Positions 8,510-16,980 of a stretch of DNA of 64,000 nt are shown here, one piece after another (position 1 is the first letter of the stretch; each line of letters starts with the position of its first letter). The notes beneath the pieces were generated by a model that saw nothing but the letters and a program-made list of their open reading frames with translations, had not been told where the DNA came from and ran no database searches. The DNA is from an uncultured Flavobacteriaceae bacterium (lineage in GTDB: Bacteria > Bacteroidota > Bacteroidia > Flavobacteriales > Flavobacteriaceae): NCBI GenBank assembly GCA_937944485.1, contig CALDYU010000011.1:597-64596 (forward strand). The letters run 5' to 3'. A program made the position numbers and the translations under genes.

Positions 8510-8547
8510 ATACTTTTCTAGAATTTAAAGATAGTATTTTTAGCATT

Positions 8548-10779
8548 TTATTTTTTAACAAACTCGAGTAACTCCGCCTCCGTGTACTCCATACCACTTT
8601 TAGGGATTTCAGTTCGTAACTTCTTTATTTGTTGTTGTTTTAAGCCTTTCGGGTCATCAGAAAAAGCATTGGTCACATAGGCAATAATGTCGGCGATATT
8701 TTTATCTGAAATTTCATCATTTCGCAAGAGTCCGGGCATCGCCAAATTGAACTCATACTTTGTACCACCAACATGCACTGGTCCTTGTAGGCCGTGTAAT
8801 ATAATGAGTGCCAATCTTTCTGGATCGGCCACATGCTCAGATCTGTTAAGTGGCGGCGCCAAACCTTGAATTCCTTCGCCATTCGATCCGTGACAGGAGG
8901 CACATATTTGAAAATACATTTTAGCCCCTGCTGTTCTGGTATCTTCAGAAAGCGATTTTCGAGTAAAAATGGCATTCACCGTATTGTTTTCTTTGCGTTG
9001 TAATATCCCATTCAAAGTTTTGAGCAACTCAGGATCATCAAAAGAAGCCCTTGTTTGCAACATTTCTTTCACATGAACTTCTATACCATCTAATCCGCTT
9101 AAAAGAGCTTCTTTGTAAATAGGTCGCTTCTTTTTACGCTGCCACAGTGTTAACCAATGTTGCAGAAATGCTTCTTGACTGACCTTCATCCAGCTTCCTA
9201 AAACACTACATAGGTAGAGGTCAATAGTGGTATCTTCTTTACTTATTAAGTCTTTGAAAAGTTCTTTTGTCTCAGTCACATTGCCTTTCTCCGCAAAAGA
9301 CTCCATCAAAATGAGGGCATGGGCAATCACTTGCGAGGTTCCATTTCTTGAAACTGTACGTAAGAAATTAAAATCTAAAGCGTTCCATCCCTCTAAAACA
9401 TAAAGGGCATGAATCTTTGCCAATTCGTTTTTTGAATGCAAGGCCAGGTGTTTTACTTCAGCAAGTACTTCCGTCTTATTTTTATACATCAAATGATGCT
9501 GCGCCCGATTGCGAATCCAGCCATTTTTAGATTCCAACAAACGCACTAATGCTTCAGCATTCAATGCATCGAAATCAATAGCCATTTGTTGCTCAGCATT
9601 AGTAGGTTGTACCCTGAGAATGCGTCCGTAATTGGTAATCGTATCTAAGCGAATTTTTGTGTTTTTTTTCTTGAAATACGGACTCAAATAGGCATGATGC
9701 CCAGTGACTCCACGGTGCATATCAACGATATATAAATTACCATCAGGGCCATTGTTTATGTTTACTGGTCGAAAACCAACATCTTTAGAAGCTAAAAATT
9801 CTTTGTCCGTCCAAGCCTGTTCGGCACCAGTTGAGTCACCAAAAAAAGTAAGTACATTTCGTTTGATCAGATTACCCTCAGGAATACTTACAAAAACATT
9901 TTGCTGATACCCATCGGGGAAAATTCCTCCGCGATATACCGCTAAACCAGCAGCAGCCGTCGTATTTACTAAAATGCTATCGGCATTCAACACCCCAGGG
10001 GAATACCCCCTATTTACCAAAGTTTCATGCAACGGATATACGCGTTGATCTTTTGTCAGTCGCTGACGCACCCCAAGTTTCGGTGTAAAATGTGGGTTGC
10101 GAATCAGTCGATTGGGTAGTACATGATCGCCCAACAATTGTTGTGAATTGTTATTGTAATACAACCTGCCAAAGTTATCATTAGAAATACCCCATTGCCC
10201 TCTAAAGGTCGTAGGTTCTTTTTTCCAAACTCCGTTTTTGCGTTGGTACCTGAAATTTGATTTGGCGTTGTAAATCCAATTATCAATGTTTAATAATAGT
10301 CCGTTTGGTTGATGCTCAGGGTTGCCATCGGCCGCATATAATGAATCAACGATCACCCGGTTAACTGGCTTGTCATTTTCAATAGTTGTAAAATACAAAT
10401 AAGGAGGTTCCGCATACAGCAGACCTCCATAGACATGCGCCAATGCGCGGGGCATGACCAGACTGTCTAAGAATGTTTTGGCATGGTCTATAATACCGTC
10501 ATTATCTAAGTCTTCTAGAATTTTAATACTCCCAACGGGCTTGTCTTCATCAGAGCCTAGCAAATCATTCATATAACCGGGCATTTGAGCTACCCATATT
10601 CTGCCTTTAGCATCAAAATCAATAGCTACAGGTGCAATAAGCAAAGGCTCTGAAGCAATAACTTCTACATCAAAACCTGCTTCAATTTGATAATCTTTCA
10701 GCGAAATTTCAGGTTCGTCAAAAGCCCTCTGGCAAGAACTGATTAGGGCTATCAATATGAAAAATCTAGTATAATTCAT
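8548..10779 (-). CDS. Lipoprotein with 'membrane-bound dehydrogenase'-type domain, HEAT-like middle region and C-terminal mono-haem cytochrome c
   Basis: 743 aa with lipobox (LISSC|Q). The haem-binding motif CASCH is encoded at 8890-8904 (minus strand). The architecture matches the large CxxCH proteins common in Bacteroidota/Planctomycetota. Confidence 0.75.
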   Translation of the reverse strand: MNYTRFFILIALISSCQRAFDEPEISLKDYQIEAGFDVEVIASEPLLIAPVAIDFDAKGRIWVAQMPGYMNDLLGSDEDKPVGSIKILEDLDNDGIIDHAKTFLDSLVMPRALAHVYGGLLYAEPPYLYFTTIENDKPVNRVIVDSLYAADGNPEHQPNGLLLNIDNWIYNAKSNFRYQRKNGVWKKEPTTFRGQWGISNDNFGRLYYNNNSQQLLGDHVLPNRLIRNPHFTPKLGVRQRLTKDQRVYPLHETLVNRGYSPGVLNADSILVNTTAAAGLAVYRGGIFPDGYQQNVFVSIPEGNLIKRNVLTFFGDSTGAEQAWTDKEFLASKDVGFRPVNINNGPDGNLYIVDMHRGVTGHHAYLSPYFKKKNTKIRLDTITNYGRILRVQPTNAEQQMAIDFDALNAEALVRLLESKNGWIRNRAQHHLMYKNKTEVLAEVKHLALHSKNELAKIHALYVLEGWNALDFNFLRTVSRNGTSQVIAHALILMESFAEKGNVTETKELFKDLISKEDTTIDLYLCSVLGSWMKVSQEAFLQHWLTLWQRKKKRPIYKEALLSGLDGIEVHVKEMLQTRASFDDPELLKTLNGILQRKENNTVNAIFTRKSLSEDTRTAGAKMYFQICASCHGSNGEGIQGLAPPLNRSEHVADPERLALIILHGLQGPVHVGGTKYEFNLAMPGLLRNDEISDKNIADIIAYVTNAFSDDPKGLKQQQIKKLRTEIPKSGMEYTEAELLEFVKK

Positions 10780-10829
10780 TCAAAAACAATAGGTTAAATG
10801 AGGCTACGGGGTTTTGAGCATTTATTAAA

Positions 10830-11648
10830 TTAAACGCCCGAAAAAGAACTAAATCCGCCATCTACTTCAAAGATACTCCCTGTCACAAAACTTGAAGCAT
10901 CACTAAGTAAATAATGTACCATTCCATTCAATTCCGAAGCATCACCAAAACGTGCCATTGGGGTATTCTTGATAATATCATGTCCTCTTTCAGTATAAGA
11001 GCCATCTTTATTGGTGAGTAATTTTTTATTTTGATTACTGATAAAAAACCCAGGAGCGATTGCATTTACTCTAATCTTATCAGTAAATTTTGACGCCATT
11101 TCATTAGCCATCCATTTCGTAAATATATCTACACCAGCTTTCGCCATAGAGTAACCTAATATTCGTGAGAGGCTTTGTTTTGAAGCCATTGAAGAAATGT
11201 TAATCACAGCGCCGAAATTCTGTTGCACCATAAGTTCACTTAAGATTATGGTGGGCAGTACCGTACCGAATAAATTTAAATCTACCACCTTACGGGTATC
11301 ATCCGTTTGAATATCAAAAATAGATTGATCAGGTTGTAAAGTTGCTCCCGGAATATTCCCCCCAGCCAAATTTACTAAACCGTCAATAGTTCCTATCTCT
11401 TGAGATATAGCGTCTCTAACTTTACGTAGTGCCGCTTCATCCATTATATCTACAGAAAAAATATGAGTACTATTTTCTGTCAACGCATTTAGTTCATTTT
11501 GCTTAGCTTTTAAGGTATCTATCGATCTACCTAATAGCACTACTTTTGCCTGTTGTTGCACAAGATACTTTGCAATAGAACTTCCTAAAACCCCTGTACC
11601 GCCTGATAAGACAAAGCGCTTGTTTTTAATTGAAAATAAGTCACTCAT
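10830..11648 (-). CDS. SDR-family oxidoreductase
   Basis: Carries GGTGVLGSS (TGxxxGxG), NLAGGN (NxxG) and YSMAK (YxxxK). Confidence 0.9.
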   Translation of the reverse strand: MSDLFSIKNKRFVLSGGTGVLGSSIAKYLVQQQAKVVLLGRSIDTLKAKQNELNALTENSTHIFSVDIMDEAALRKVRDAISQEIGTIDGLVNLAGGNIPGATLQPDQSIFDIQTDDTRKVVDLNLFGTVLPTIILSELMVQQNFGAVINISSMASKQSLSRILGYSMAKAGVDIFTKWMANEMASKFTDKIRVNAIAPGFFISNQNKKLLTNKDGSYTERGHDIIKNTPMARFGDASELNGMVHYLLSDASSFVTGSIFEVDGGFSSFSGV

Positions 11649-11762
11649 TGTTGGTCGTATATCATCTGTTTGGTCGCCTGTTATATATTGTATTTTGTAA
11701 TTTACAACTACTTTTAAATTCTGTCAAATTAACTTTGGCTTGCTTTATTATCTTTTAGGAAT

Positions 11763-12683
11763 ATGAAATGTATTATTCTCTTTGTTTGCGGCTGTGCCTG
11801 CTCCGTTTTCAGTTGGGGTCAAAATTTAGACCCCATCAAAATCAATGAGGTTTGGCTATCACATATTGAAGCGAATGCTCCATCGGCTACTCGCGTTCCT
11901 TTTCATAAAAAATCAAAAATACTGGTATTCTCTAAAGCAACAGGCTTTGATCATTGGGTGATTCCTCACAATATTGAAATGCTTAAAATTCTAGCCAAAA
12001 AATCTGGGGCTTTCGAAATGTATATCGGGTATGACCTTGCAAATTTTGACAAAAAAAGCCTAAAATCTTATGATGCTGTTATTTTGAACAATTCAAACCC
12101 AAATGGTCCTAATCGCAATTTATTTGCTGATCTGTTGCAGCAAAATACTACTCTTGACGCACAAGAAATTAAAAATAAAGCGGATGCTTATGAAGCAAAT
12201 TTGATGCATTATGTAAAGAAAGGTGGCGGACTCTTCATACTCCATGGGGCAATTACGGTACAAAATAATTCAAAGAAATTTAGTGAAATGACAGGTGGCA
12301 GTTTTGATTATCACCCGAAACAGCAACAGATTCATTTGAAAGAAGTTGATAAAAAACATCCACTCGTACAGGCTTTCAATGGTGAAGGTTTTTCGCATAT
12401 TGATGAGCCTTATTTTTTCAAGAACGCTTATGCAGACTATAATTTTAGGCCTTTACTATATATGACTGTTGCCGATCTTCAAGGACTTAAAAGAAAGGTA
12501 GTAGAAGAAATTGTCTATGTCTCTTGGATTAAAAAATACGGTAAAGGACGTGTTTTCTATAGCGCACCTTCTCACAACGCTCAAAGTTTAGAAAATGCAC
12601 CCTTTTTGCAATTTTTATTAGATGGGTTGCAATATGTGGTTGGAGATTTAAAATGTGACGATTCGCCTATCGAGAAAAAATAG
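11763..12683 (+). CDS. ThuA-like domain protein (secreted)
   Basis: Has a signal peptide and ThuA-type blocks (LVFSKATGFDH, YDAVILNN, GGGLFILHGA, HP). Called from remembered family patterns only. Confidence 0.6.
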   Translation: MKCIILFVCGCACSVFSWGQNLDPIKINEVWLSHIEANAPSATRVPFHKKSKILVFSKATGFDHWVIPHNIEMLKILAKKSGAFEMYIGYDLANFDKKSLKSYDAVILNNSNPNGPNRNLFADLLQQNTTLDAQEIKNKADAYEANLMHYVKKGGGLFILHGAITVQNNSKKFSEMTGGSFDYHPKQQQIHLKEVDKKHPLVQAFNGEGFSHIDEPYFFKNAYADYNFRPLLYMTVADLQGLKRKVVEEIVYVSWIKKYGKGRVFYSAPSHNAQSLENAPFLQFLLDGLQYVVGDLKCDDSPIEKK

Positions 12684-12699
12684 TATCTTACTAAAAAAA

Positions 12700-13170
12700 A
12701 TGCTTTTGACTAAAAAAATATTTCTTTCCATCTTAGTGGTGCTCATAACATTATCGTGTTCTTCGGATGATAATGCTCCGGAAACAGACGATAGCGCTCT
12801 TGTTATAGGTACGTATTCTTTAGCTGCCGTTAACGTTAATCCAGCACAAGATCAGAATGATGATGGCACGGCTTCTACCAATTTGTTGGATGAAATGGTT
12901 TGTATTACGGGTACGCTAACCGTAAATACAGATCGATCATGGCGCCTAAATGTAGTTCGAATAAATGTGAGTAGTATTACGGGCGGACAGTTCTTCTTCT
13001 CTTGCGGAGATCCAGATAATAGTAGTGGTACTTGGACATTCAATAATAACCAACTGAGTCTTAACGGAAGTTTCGAACCTACAATTTACCTTCTTAATGA
13101 AACAACTTTAACACGTCAAATTGGTGAAAATCTCCCTGGTTTTCAGAGCGTAGTTTTCACAAAGAACTAG
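12700..13170 (+). CDS. Hypothetical lipoprotein (lipocalin-like by composition)
   Basis: I chose the ATG at 12700 (MLLTKKIFLSILVVLITLSC|S lipobox). The ORF-track start at 12655 would overlap the ThuA gene end. Confidence 0.6.
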   Translation: MLLTKKIFLSILVVLITLSCSSDDNAPETDDSALVIGTYSLAAVNVNPAQDQNDDGTASTNLLDEMVCITGTLTVNTDRSWRLNVVRINVSSITGGQFFFSCGDPDNSSGTWTFNNNQLSLNGSFEPTIYLLNETTLTRQIGENLPGFQSVVFTKN

Positions 13171-13236
13171 TTTGGTAACCGAAGTTACTGGTGTTTTCTA
13201 AATTTCAAATTACCTTTGAATTAAATATAGCCGCAC

Positions 13237-13794
13237 ATGGAAAATATACTTCAACCTTGGCCATGGTATGTTTCTGGCCCCCTTATTGCCTTAATCATGG
13301 CCGTCTTGGTTTTCTTCGGAAAAACCTTTGGCATGTCTTCAAATCTTCGAACCCTTTGCAGTATTGGCGGGGCAGGAAAATATGCCGATTTCTTTAAGTT
13401 TGATTGGAAAACCCAAAGATGGAACCTAACCGTTGTTCTAGGGGCAATCATTGGTGGCTGTATTGCAGTACAATTTTTATCTGATGGTTCAACTATGGAT
13501 TTAAGCCATGAGACCATTGCTGATTTGAATGCCTACGGATTTCAGAATGTCGGCAAATCACTTTTACCAGCAGAACTATATGACTGGGGCAATATAATGT
13601 CTTTAAAAGGACTAGCTATTCTTGTCATTGCTGGTTTTCTAGTTGGTTTTGGAACACGGTATGCTGGTGGATGCACCTCAGGCCATGCCATCACGGGTTT
13701 GAGTAATATACAATGGCCATCATTAATAGCAGTCATCGGATTTTTTGTTGGTGGGCTGATTATGACCCATCTCTTATTTCCTCTAATATTCTAA
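13237..13794 (+). CDS. YeeE/YedE-family sulfur/selenium-compound transporter component
   Basis: Polytopic membrane protein with the family motif GGCTSGH. Confidence 0.85.
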   Translation: MENILQPWPWYVSGPLIALIMAVLVFFGKTFGMSSNLRTLCSIGGAGKYADFFKFDWKTQRWNLTVVLGAIIGGCIAVQFLSDGSTMDLSHETIADLNAYGFQNVGKSLLPAELYDWGNIMSLKGLAILVIAGFLVGFGTRYAGGCTSGHAITGLSNIQWPSLIAVIGFFVGGLIMTHLLFPLIF

Positions 13795-13796
13795 AT

Positions 13797-14210
13797 ATGA
13801 AATTTTTAAAATTCTTATTGGTTGGTATTTTCTTCGGAATCGTACTTGTGAAATCAGAGGCCGTTTCGTGGTACCGCATTTTTGAAATGTTCAAATTTCA
13901 GTCGTTTCACATGTACGGAATTATTGGTACAGCCGTAGGATTAGGTATTTTGTTTCTATGGATTTTTAGAAAATTCAAGGTAAAAAATATTGAAGGTGAG
14001 AAGATTAAAGTGCCGCAAAAAGAAAAGCGTTTTACACGCTATATTTTAGGAGGTACTATTTTCGGCTTAGGTTGGGCCTTAGCCGGTGCCTGCCCTGGCC
14101 CAATGTATATTCTTTTGGGCACAGGTGCTTCTAGCATACTGATTGTTATTGCAGCGGCTCTTTTAGGTACCTTCGTTTACGGACTGCTCAGAGGGAAGCT
14201 GCCGCATTAA
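13797..14210 (+). CDS. YeeE/YedE-family membrane protein, second half-size subunit
   Basis: ATG at 13797 is 2 nt after the previous stop. It has four hydrophobic segments and a GACPG motif. Confidence 0.8.
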   Translation: MKFLKFLLVGIFFGIVLVKSEAVSWYRIFEMFKFQSFHMYGIIGTAVGLGILFLWIFRKFKVKNIEGEKIKVPQKEKRFTRYILGGTIFGLGWALAGACPGPMYILLGTGASSILIVIAAALLGTFVYGLLRGKLPH

Positions 14211-14215
14211 TGCAC

Positions 14216-15646
14216 CTATGAAGATTCGTTTTTACGTTTTTCTAATACCGCTCGAATTTTGTTGGCCCGCTCTTCGGTAATATCGTATTTACGCATAACA
14301 TACATAGCAGCCAGGGTACCTATAATAGGGAAAAATGTATAAAACAAACGCATACCCGTAACAGCACCTTCAGGCTGTGTAGGCGCATCTGGGGTATAGC
14401 CTACCCAAGCCATAAACAAACCACTTAAAAGTCCGGCGATAGCAAATCCGAATTTAACCATCCACCAATAAATAGCACCGAAAGCACCTTCTCTTCGTAG
14501 CCCTGTGTTCAACTCATCTAAATCGATAACATCAGCAGTCATTGACATCATCAATGTAAAAAGACCTCCGATTCCAAATGAAAAGAATGGCAAGGCAAAT
14601 AAAAACATATACGGTTTACCAGGAATAAACAAGAACCAGAACAAAATATATCCGATTATAGAAATGCCCTGAGACAACATAAACGTCTTTTTCTTTCCTA
14701 ATTTTTTAGATATTCTATCAATAATAGGAATAACCAAAAAAGTGGTAACCAAAGCGCCTACGCTACCATGCAATGTAGGCCATATACCTGCTGCCCCAGC
14801 ATCATTGTTAAACATATAAGAAACAATTATGAAAAAAGAAAAGGCAGAAATCGTCATGAACGAATTATAAATTAAAAAAGTCGCCGTACATAAAATTTTA
14901 AACTGCGGAATACGAAAAGCTTCCTTAAAACTTTGCAATACTTTCTTAAGACTATTTGAAATATTACTTCTGTTGATCGGTTCAAAATCATTTCTATCAA
15001 GTGTAGACTCGCTCTTAATAAAAATAGCGGGCACAAGAGCCAATAGGGTACAAAATGCTGCCACATAATAGGATAATTCTCTAGTTGCAGCAGGAACACT
15101 TTCAAACATTTCAGGATCATATAAGATAACCCAAAACCATGGTACAATTACCCAAGCCCATTGCCCAATCATCTGAGCGATTGCCATAATACTAGTACGC
15201 TCATGAAAATCATTACTCATTTCATAGCCCATTGCAACGTAAGGAATACTAAAAATGGTAAGTCCGATGTAGAAAATAAAAGACAAAACCAAAAAATAAA
15301 TAAAGTTATAAGTCAATCCATTTTCAGGGTATAACTGCCACATAGCGACAAAAGCAATGCCCATCAGAATACCCCCAGCGAATACAAAATGCCTACGCCT
15401 GCCCCATTTTGATCTTGTGTTATCTGAAATAAAACCCATTATCGGATCAGTAAATGCATCGAATATTCTGGGAGCAAAAAATATAATACCCCATAGCACG
15501 GGAGGAAAATTTAATCCCTTTACCAAAACCATCATGAATATCTGTAACGCTGCTGGAAACATTTGGTTCGCCAACATTCCGATACCAAAGGCAATTTTTT
15601 GACCCATTGGCACCTTTTGATTTGTTACCCTAGTAGCATTTTCCAT
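14216..15646 (-). CDS. MFS transporter, glycoside-pentoside-hexuronide (GPH) cation symporter type
   Basis: 476 aa with about 12 hydrophobic segments and a GPH-like N-terminal motif (DAFTDPIMGFISDNTRSKWGRRR). Confidence 0.85.
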   Translation of the reverse strand: MENATRVTNQKVPMGQKIAFGIGMLANQMFPAALQIFMMVLVKGLNFPPVLWGIIFFAPRIFDAFTDPIMGFISDNTRSKWGRRRHFVFAGGILMGIAFVAMWQLYPENGLTYNFIYFLVLSFIFYIGLTIFSIPYVAMGYEMSNDFHERTSIMAIAQMIGQWAWVIVPWFWVILYDPEMFESVPAATRELSYYVAAFCTLLALVPAIFIKSESTLDRNDFEPINRSNISNSLKKVLQSFKEAFRIPQFKILCTATFLIYNSFMTISAFSFFIIVSYMFNNDAGAAGIWPTLHGSVGALVTTFLVIPIIDRISKKLGKKKTFMLSQGISIIGYILFWFLFIPGKPYMFLFALPFFSFGIGGLFTLMMSMTADVIDLDELNTGLRREGAFGAIYWWMVKFGFAIAGLLSGLFMAWVGYTPDAPTQPEGAVTGMRLFYTFFPIIGTLAAMYVMRKYDITEERANKIRAVLEKRKNESS

Positions 15647-15681
15647 AATATATTATTTTAGTGAATGTAGTTTCAATTCGA

Positions 15682-16977
15682 TTAATTGGCACTGACCAAT
15701 TCTGATTTTCTATTTTCTTTTCCTAATGATACTGGAGGGGAGACAGCCTTTAGAAGTTCTTCTTTATTACCATCAAATGTTTTGGTTATGGTATTACCAT
15801 TTCTCGTTAAACCTTCAAAAAGGCCTTCATCAACAAGATGCCATAAGGGAAATTTAGCCTTTCCGGTGATTTCAAATAAACCGAAATGATTTTCAGAACC
15901 AATAGGGTTTGCTGCATCTTTCCAGTTTTCATCAAAAGCCTCAAAATAAAAACAAGAAATACCTTCTGCTTTTGTCCATGCTCTAGTATGAGCATAGTAA
16001 CGTCCTTGTTTGTACTCATCGGCAGCTCTAGAGCCTTCAGATCCGTAAAAACCATCAGAAATACTTGCCCAACCAGTTTCGCCTATATGAATTGGTTTTT
16101 CAATTCCTAAACTTTCTAAATAATTAGCCACCGACTTATATTCAGACATGGCATAATTTTTAGCTCGTAAGGCGGCCGCGTCTATTTTTTCTAGGGTCGA
16201 TAAATCTTCTTCGTTTTCAGGCACCTGCCAGTATTGCGATTGGTAATGCGTTTCATGAAAAGGATAGGTATGCATCGATACGTAATCAACAGCTTTGATC
16301 AATTTCTCAAGATCTTCAGTATGATACACTTTATCACCACCACCCCATGCGGCAAAATTATCTGATGTTGTAATCCATAGATCTTTTGGTAGTTCTCCCG
16401 AAACTTTAAGGCTTTGTAAATGATTCACCCAATTCAATATAACTTTGGGTCGCACAAAATAACCTTGTGCCCAGTGAACCATGGCTTCATTACCCACCGC
16501 GATAATTTTGACAATCTCAGGATATTGTTTCGCTAAAGCCACAGCACGTTCTATTTCACCTGTATTTTGGGCGCTCTCAGCTTCGTGATTCGGTTTATCA
16601 GTCCACGCGTTTTCGCAATCTATCCAAGCACCCAACATCACGTACATTTCAAATCTTGGATCTTCTTTTTTCAATTGACGAATCGCTTTTAATAAATTCG
16701 AAGCCTGTTGCAGTTGCACATTGTAGGTGCGTACTATACCTATGCCCATTGCCGCAAGCAGTTTCATATCTTCTTTAAGTTCCTCAAGGGTCGGTTGAAC
16801 ATCACGGGAATTTTTTCGATATCCACCATAAGAGATTGCCAAATAATTGGGATTTCCTAAAATATCAGCTGCTGATTTACTAGGTACTACTGTTGCTGTA
16901 TCGCCACATGAAGTCATTAATATCACCAAACTTATACCAACTAAAAATCTTATTTTATTAATAATCTTCATGAACAT
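15682..16977 (-). CDS. Glycoside hydrolase family 17 beta-1,3-glucanase, lipoprotein
   Basis: Lipobox LMTSC|G. The TIM-barrel clan GH-A blocks VGNEAMV (acid/base Glu) and IHIGETGWAS (nucleophile Glu) are present. It sits in a laminarin gene context. Confidence 0.8.
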   Translation of the reverse strand: MFMKIINKIRFLVGISLVILMTSCGDTATVVPSKSAADILGNPNYLAISYGGYRKNSRDVQPTLEELKEDMKLLAAMGIGIVRTYNVQLQQASNLLKAIRQLKKEDPRFEMYVMLGAWIDCENAWTDKPNHEAESAQNTGEIERAVALAKQYPEIVKIIAVGNEAMVHWAQGYFVRPKVILNWVNHLQSLKVSGELPKDLWITTSDNFAAWGGGDKVYHTEDLEKLIKAVDYVSMHTYPFHETHYQSQYWQVPENEEDLSTLEKIDAAALRAKNYAMSEYKSVANYLESLGIEKPIHIGETGWASISDGFYGSEGSRAADEYKQGRYYAHTRAWTKAEGISCFYFEAFDENWKDAANPIGSENHFGLFEITGKAKFPLWHLVDEGLFEGLTRNGNTITKTFDGNKEELLKAVSPPVSLGKENRKSELVSAN

Positions 16978-16980
16978 AAA

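Noticed and set aside
12655-12699. ORF-track 5' extensions of several genes: 12655 (lipoprotein), 13713 (YeeE second subunit), 2103 (DinB), 4910, 28212 (clpS), 29074 (prmA), 53785 (hydrolase) and 54696 (GNAT).
   Set aside because: Each extension overlaps the upstream gene or precedes an obvious signal peptide or conserved N-terminus. Internal starts were chosen instead and are flagged as uncertain where no ATG exists.
13191-13397. 68-aa ORF overlapping the start of the YeeE/YedE gene.
   Set aside because: It is in a different frame from a well-supported membrane protein that has a plausible ATG at 13237. It is low-complexity and has no features.
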